A stretch of 64,000 nt of DNA, taken from Fidelibacterota bacterium (lineage in GTDB: Bacteria; Fidelibacterota; Marinisomatia; Marinisomatales; Marinisomataceae). Location: NCBI GenBank assembly GCA_965212055.1, contig OZ243041.1, positions 864,001 to 928,000 on the forward strand, given 5' to 3'. The translations under genes and the position numbers were made by a program. Below the pieces are notes generated by a model, which saw only the letters and a program-made list of their open reading frames with translations, was not told where the DNA came from and searched no databases. The stretch's first letter is position 1, and each line of letters opens with the position of its first letter. Below, piece by piece: positions 61,123 to 64,000 of the stretch.

Positions 61123-62860
61123 ATTGTAGTTGTTTCTGAAGATCAGTTAATTCTGTTACAAGAGAAATCTCAGGTGAGGAACCATCATCTTCAAGACGTC
61201 TTATTTTATCCCGTAATACTTGAATTTTCTGTTTAATAGGTTCTTGTTCTAAGATTAAGACACAATCTTTTAAAATTTGATCCTGGCTTCCCTTTTCAGG
61301 TGAATGAATAGCAAAACTAGCGATTAAGTTTCGTTCTTCAGGAGTCCCTCCAGTTATTTCAAGTAATTGACTAATGGTATAATTTTTATCAATATTTTTG
61401 ATAAGCGTTTTCATCACATTTTGTAATAAAGCATTGCTAAATAATTCAATTGCAATTTCTTTAATAAAGGTTGGATAATGTAATCCAAGTTTAATGAGTT
61501 CTAATTGTGCTTTATCTGATAGAGAAGTATAATGAGTTTCTTGTACTTTGCTTTTATCTCCAACCTCTGGACGATATATTTTTGTTTTAATTGATTTAAA
61601 TCGATTCAGAATTTCTGTTTCAGGAATGGAAATCTCATTAGACAATTTCCTAATTAAATCATCTCTAATAATTGAGTCAGATACCATTTTAATTTCACCA
61701 AGACATTCATCAACAAAGAGGGATCGTTGTGTTGCACTTTGTTTTAAAATTTCCTTTTGTTTTACAATAAATGCAATTGGGTGAAGAGAGGTTTTGATTA
61801 ATTGTTTGAATTCTTTTTTACTGTTTTTTTCTTTTTGGAAAAAATCGTCTGGATCATAGTCATTACCAAAAAATAGTACACGCGTTTCTATGCCTTGTTG
61901 TAATAAAGCATAACTCGCACGTATAGCAGCATTAACGCCTGCATCATCAGAATCATAAGCAAGAATAGCTCGACTAGTATGTTTTTTAAGTACAGCAGCA
62001 TGTTTAGCGGAAAATGCAGTTCCTGATGTAGCAATTGCATTAGAAAAACCATTCTCTACCAAACGAAGATAATCAGTTTGTCCTTCTACTAAAATTGCAA
62101 AATTTTGTTTTCGTATATTTGGCAATGTTTGGTATGCCCCATAAAAAATTTTGCTTTTTTGAAATAAAAATGTCTCAGGTGAATTAAGATATTTAATATC
62201 ATCATCTGGAGATAAAGTTCTACCACTAAAACCAATTATTTTTCCTGAAAGATTAAAAAATGGAAACATTAATCTATTTCTGAACCGATCTACTAATCCT
62301 TTTTTAGATTCAGAAAATAAACCAGATTTCTTTAAAATATCTTCATCAAATTTCCCTTTAACTTCTTTAAATAAACTATCCCAACTATCAAGGGAAATTC
62401 CTAATCGATATTGTTTAATCGTAGCATCACTAAACTGCCGTTTTTTCAGATATTTTTTACCGCTACTAGCTTTAGCAGATTTAATATTATTTTCAAAATA
62501 AATACATGCTAGTTCATGGATCTCATATAGCTGGTCATACAGATTATCTTGTTCTTTATCCCCAATTTCTATTATTTCAATTCCATATTTTTTAGCAAGC
62601 GATCGTACTGCCTCTGCAAAACCAATACGTTCATGTTCTATTAAGAATTGGATGGCATTTCCGCCTTGACCTGATCCGAAATCATACCACATATTTTTAT
62701 CAGCAGCGACACTAAATGAAGGTTTTGTTTCTGATCTAAAAGGACTTAAACCAAAATAGTTTTTCCCTCTTTTTTTGAGATCTACATATTGTGAAATCAC
62801 CTCAAGAATATCTACTTCATCTAAAACTCTATTAATGGTTTCTTGTGCAATTCTTCCCAT
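61121..62860 (-). CDS. dnaG: DNA primase
   Basis: SPF..ETKPSF, DRFRNRLMFP, KYLNSPET, VEGQTD, YDSDDAG, DPD. Confidence 0.96.
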   Translation of the reverse strand: MGRIAQETINRVLDEVDILEVISQYVDLKKRGKNYFGLSPFRSETKPSFSVAADKNMWYDFGSGQGGNAIQFLIEHERIGFAEAVRSLAKKYGIEIIEIGDKEQDNLYDQLYEIHELACIYFENNIKSAKASSGKKYLKKRQFSDATIKQYRLGISLDSWDSLFKEVKGKFDEDILKKSGLFSESKKGLVDRFRNRLMFPFFNLSGKIIGFSGRTLSPDDDIKYLNSPETFLFQKSKIFYGAYQTLPNIRKQNFAILVEGQTDYLRLVENGFSNAIATSGTAFSAKHAAVLKKHTSRAILAYDSDDAGVNAAIRASYALLQQGIETRVLFFGNDYDPDDFFQKEKNSKKEFKQLIKTSLHPIAFIVKQKEILKQSATQRSLFVDECLGEIKMVSDSIIRDDLIRKLSNEISIPETEILNRFKSIKTKIYRPEVGDKSKVQETHYTSLSDKAQLELIKLGLHYPTFIKEIAIELFSNALLQNVMKTLIKNIDKNYTISQLLEITGGTPEERNLIASFAIHSPEKGSQDQILKDCVLILEQEPIKQKIQVLRDKIRRLEDDGSSPEISLVTELTDLQKQLQ

Positions 62861-62861
62861 A

Positions 62862-63341
62862 TTATGAAGGTATTGTTATTGATTGATTAATACAATCTTT
62901 CATAGGATTAAGTAAAGAAATGATTTTTGACTCTTCTGTAAGCATAGTATATATATTGTTTGATATATAATTATCAAAAAACCATAAAAAAACAACTAAT
63001 AATAGTATTCCTTTTAATATGCCAAATAGAAACCCAAATAATTGATTCGCCACTGAAAAAATATTTGAATTTTCATAAAGAAATGATAAAACACTTGTTA
63101 TAAACCGAACTCCCATAATAGTGATAATAAAAATAATAATAGCAGAAAAAAATTGAGTTAGTTCCATATTGATATTAATAAAAGAGTGTAATTTTATAGT
63201 TAAATCTACATAAAAAGACATTGCTAGCCATATTGCAAGACCAATACCAATAAATTCTGAAATTTCATCTAAAAATCCTTTTTTACTTCCTGAAATACCA
63301 ATAAATAAAATTAGAATTGAAAAAAGAATATCAACAACCAT
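62862..63341 (-). CDS. cvpA: CvpA family membrane protein
   Basis: D......G..KGF..E, 4 TMs, GFLFGILKG. Confidence 0.8.
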   Translation of the reverse strand: MVVDILFSILILFIGISGSKKGFLDEISEFIGIGLAIWLAMSFYVDLTIKLHSFININMELTQFFSAIIIFIITIMGVRFITSVLSFLYENSNIFSVANQLFGFLFGILKGILLLVVFLWFFDNYISNNIYTMLTEESKIISLLNPMKDCINQSITIPS

Positions 63342-63347
63342 GGCTAT

Positions 63348-63785
63348 TTAAGATAATTTTGATTTTAAGATTGCTTGGGCCATACTACCATCAATCTTGC
63401 CTGCACCTTTTTTCATCACTTGAGGCATTACCTTTCCAAAATCTGCCATTGTAGTTGCACCAGTTTCTTTAATGATGGAGATGACGATTGTTGTGACTTC
63501 ATTTTCATCCATCATTGATGGTAAATATTTCTCTACAATATCAAGTTCGGCTTGTTCTTGTATCACCAAATCTTCTCTATCACCATCTTTATACATTTTA
63601 ATAGATTCTTTGTGTTGTTTGGCTGTTTTTTGTATTACTTGTAGAATTTGTTTATCATCCAATGAAGATCCAACTTCAATTACTTTATTTTTTAACTTCG
63701 AAATTAAGAGCCTTAGGGTATTAGCTTTTACTTTCTCTCCATTTTTGAGAGCAGTTTTCATATCATTTTGAATTTGGTCAAGCAT
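63348..63785 (-). CDS. GatB/YqeY domain protein
   Basis: DMKTALK, KQHKESI..Y..GDREDL, YLP, DFGKVM, DG. Confidence 0.92.
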   Translation of the reverse strand: MLDQIQNDMKTALKNGEKVKANTLRLLISKLKNKVIEVGSSLDDKQILQVIQKTAKQHKESIKMYKDGDREDLVIQEQAELDIVEKYLPSMMDENEVTTIVISIIKETGATTMADFGKVMPQVMKKGAGKIDGSMAQAILKSKLS

Positions 63786-63788
63786 ATG

Positions 63789-64000
63789 TTATTTCCCTTC
63801 ATTTATACGTTTCATAGATAGTAATAATTTATCTCGATTGGATTCAAAACCAATAAATCTTCTTCCAGATTTTTTAGACACTAAACCAACGCTCCCAGAA
63901 TTCATAAATGGATCAACCACCCAATTTAATTTAAAACTACTAGATTTTAGTATTCTGTTAATCACTTCATAATAATCTAAGTGGAACCATAAATTGCTTT
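63789..64000 (-). CDS. C-terminal fragment of an N6/N4 DNA methyltransferase-like protein (partial at window end)
   Basis: Manual translation: RILKSSS....VVDPFMNSGSVGLVSKKSGRRFIGFE.....SMKRI*, matching the DPFxGSG...R.FIG.E pattern. Confidence 0.7.
   Translation of the reverse strand, partial: SNLWFHLDYYEVINRILKSSSFKLNWVVDPFMNSGSVGLVSKKSGRRFIGFESNRDKLLLSMKRINEGK

Noticed and set aside
1..64000. Many 60-140 aa antisense or alternative-frame ORFs in the track (e.g. 23741-24166, 25411-25797, 40588-40947, 49376-49756)
   Set aside because: They lie wholly within well-supported genes and have no motifs; shadow ORFs
1..64000. CRISPR arrays, IS elements, integrase, rRNA, long tandem repeats
   Set aside because: None seen by eye; short or diverged repeats could have been missed without computation

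Overview
AT-rich, tightly packed bacterial chromosome segment. Gene content and synteny (DUF2723, DUF1844, DUF4139, DUF4159, Zn-ribbon gene next to rnpB, TonB-dependent receptor) suggest a streamlined marine FCB-group organism such as Marinimicrobia; this is inference, not a database result. 1-24.6 kb is housekeeping: recG, valS, phosphohexomutase, rpsU, rsmA, tatD, metG, holB, envC-like, mazG, ybeY, 7TM-HD, fabH, RNase P RNA, metK-ahcY. 24.6-58.2 kb is a ~33.5 kb mosaic surface-polysaccharide island with Wzx/Wzy/Wzz/Wza/Wzi, deoxy-amino-sugar and heptose enzymes and an internal tRNA-Ile2(CAU). It holds two modules I cannot assign to a known pathway: (i) Pol-beta-type nucleotidyltransferase + GT2 + YvcK/CofD-like + LHPP-like HAD + NTP-transferase + NPP-type phosphodiesterase, and (ii) a minimal APS kinase + tiny HxGH nucleotidyltransferase + tRNA + class IV aminotransferase + sulfotransferase-like protein. 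58.3-64 kb holds a TonB-dependent receptor, dnaG, cvpA, yqeY and a partial DNA methyltransferase-like gene. Two genes are frameshifted, one probably starts at ATT, and several look leaderless. No CRISPR array, IS element, integrase or rRNA was seen. All product calls come from motif recognition, not searches.
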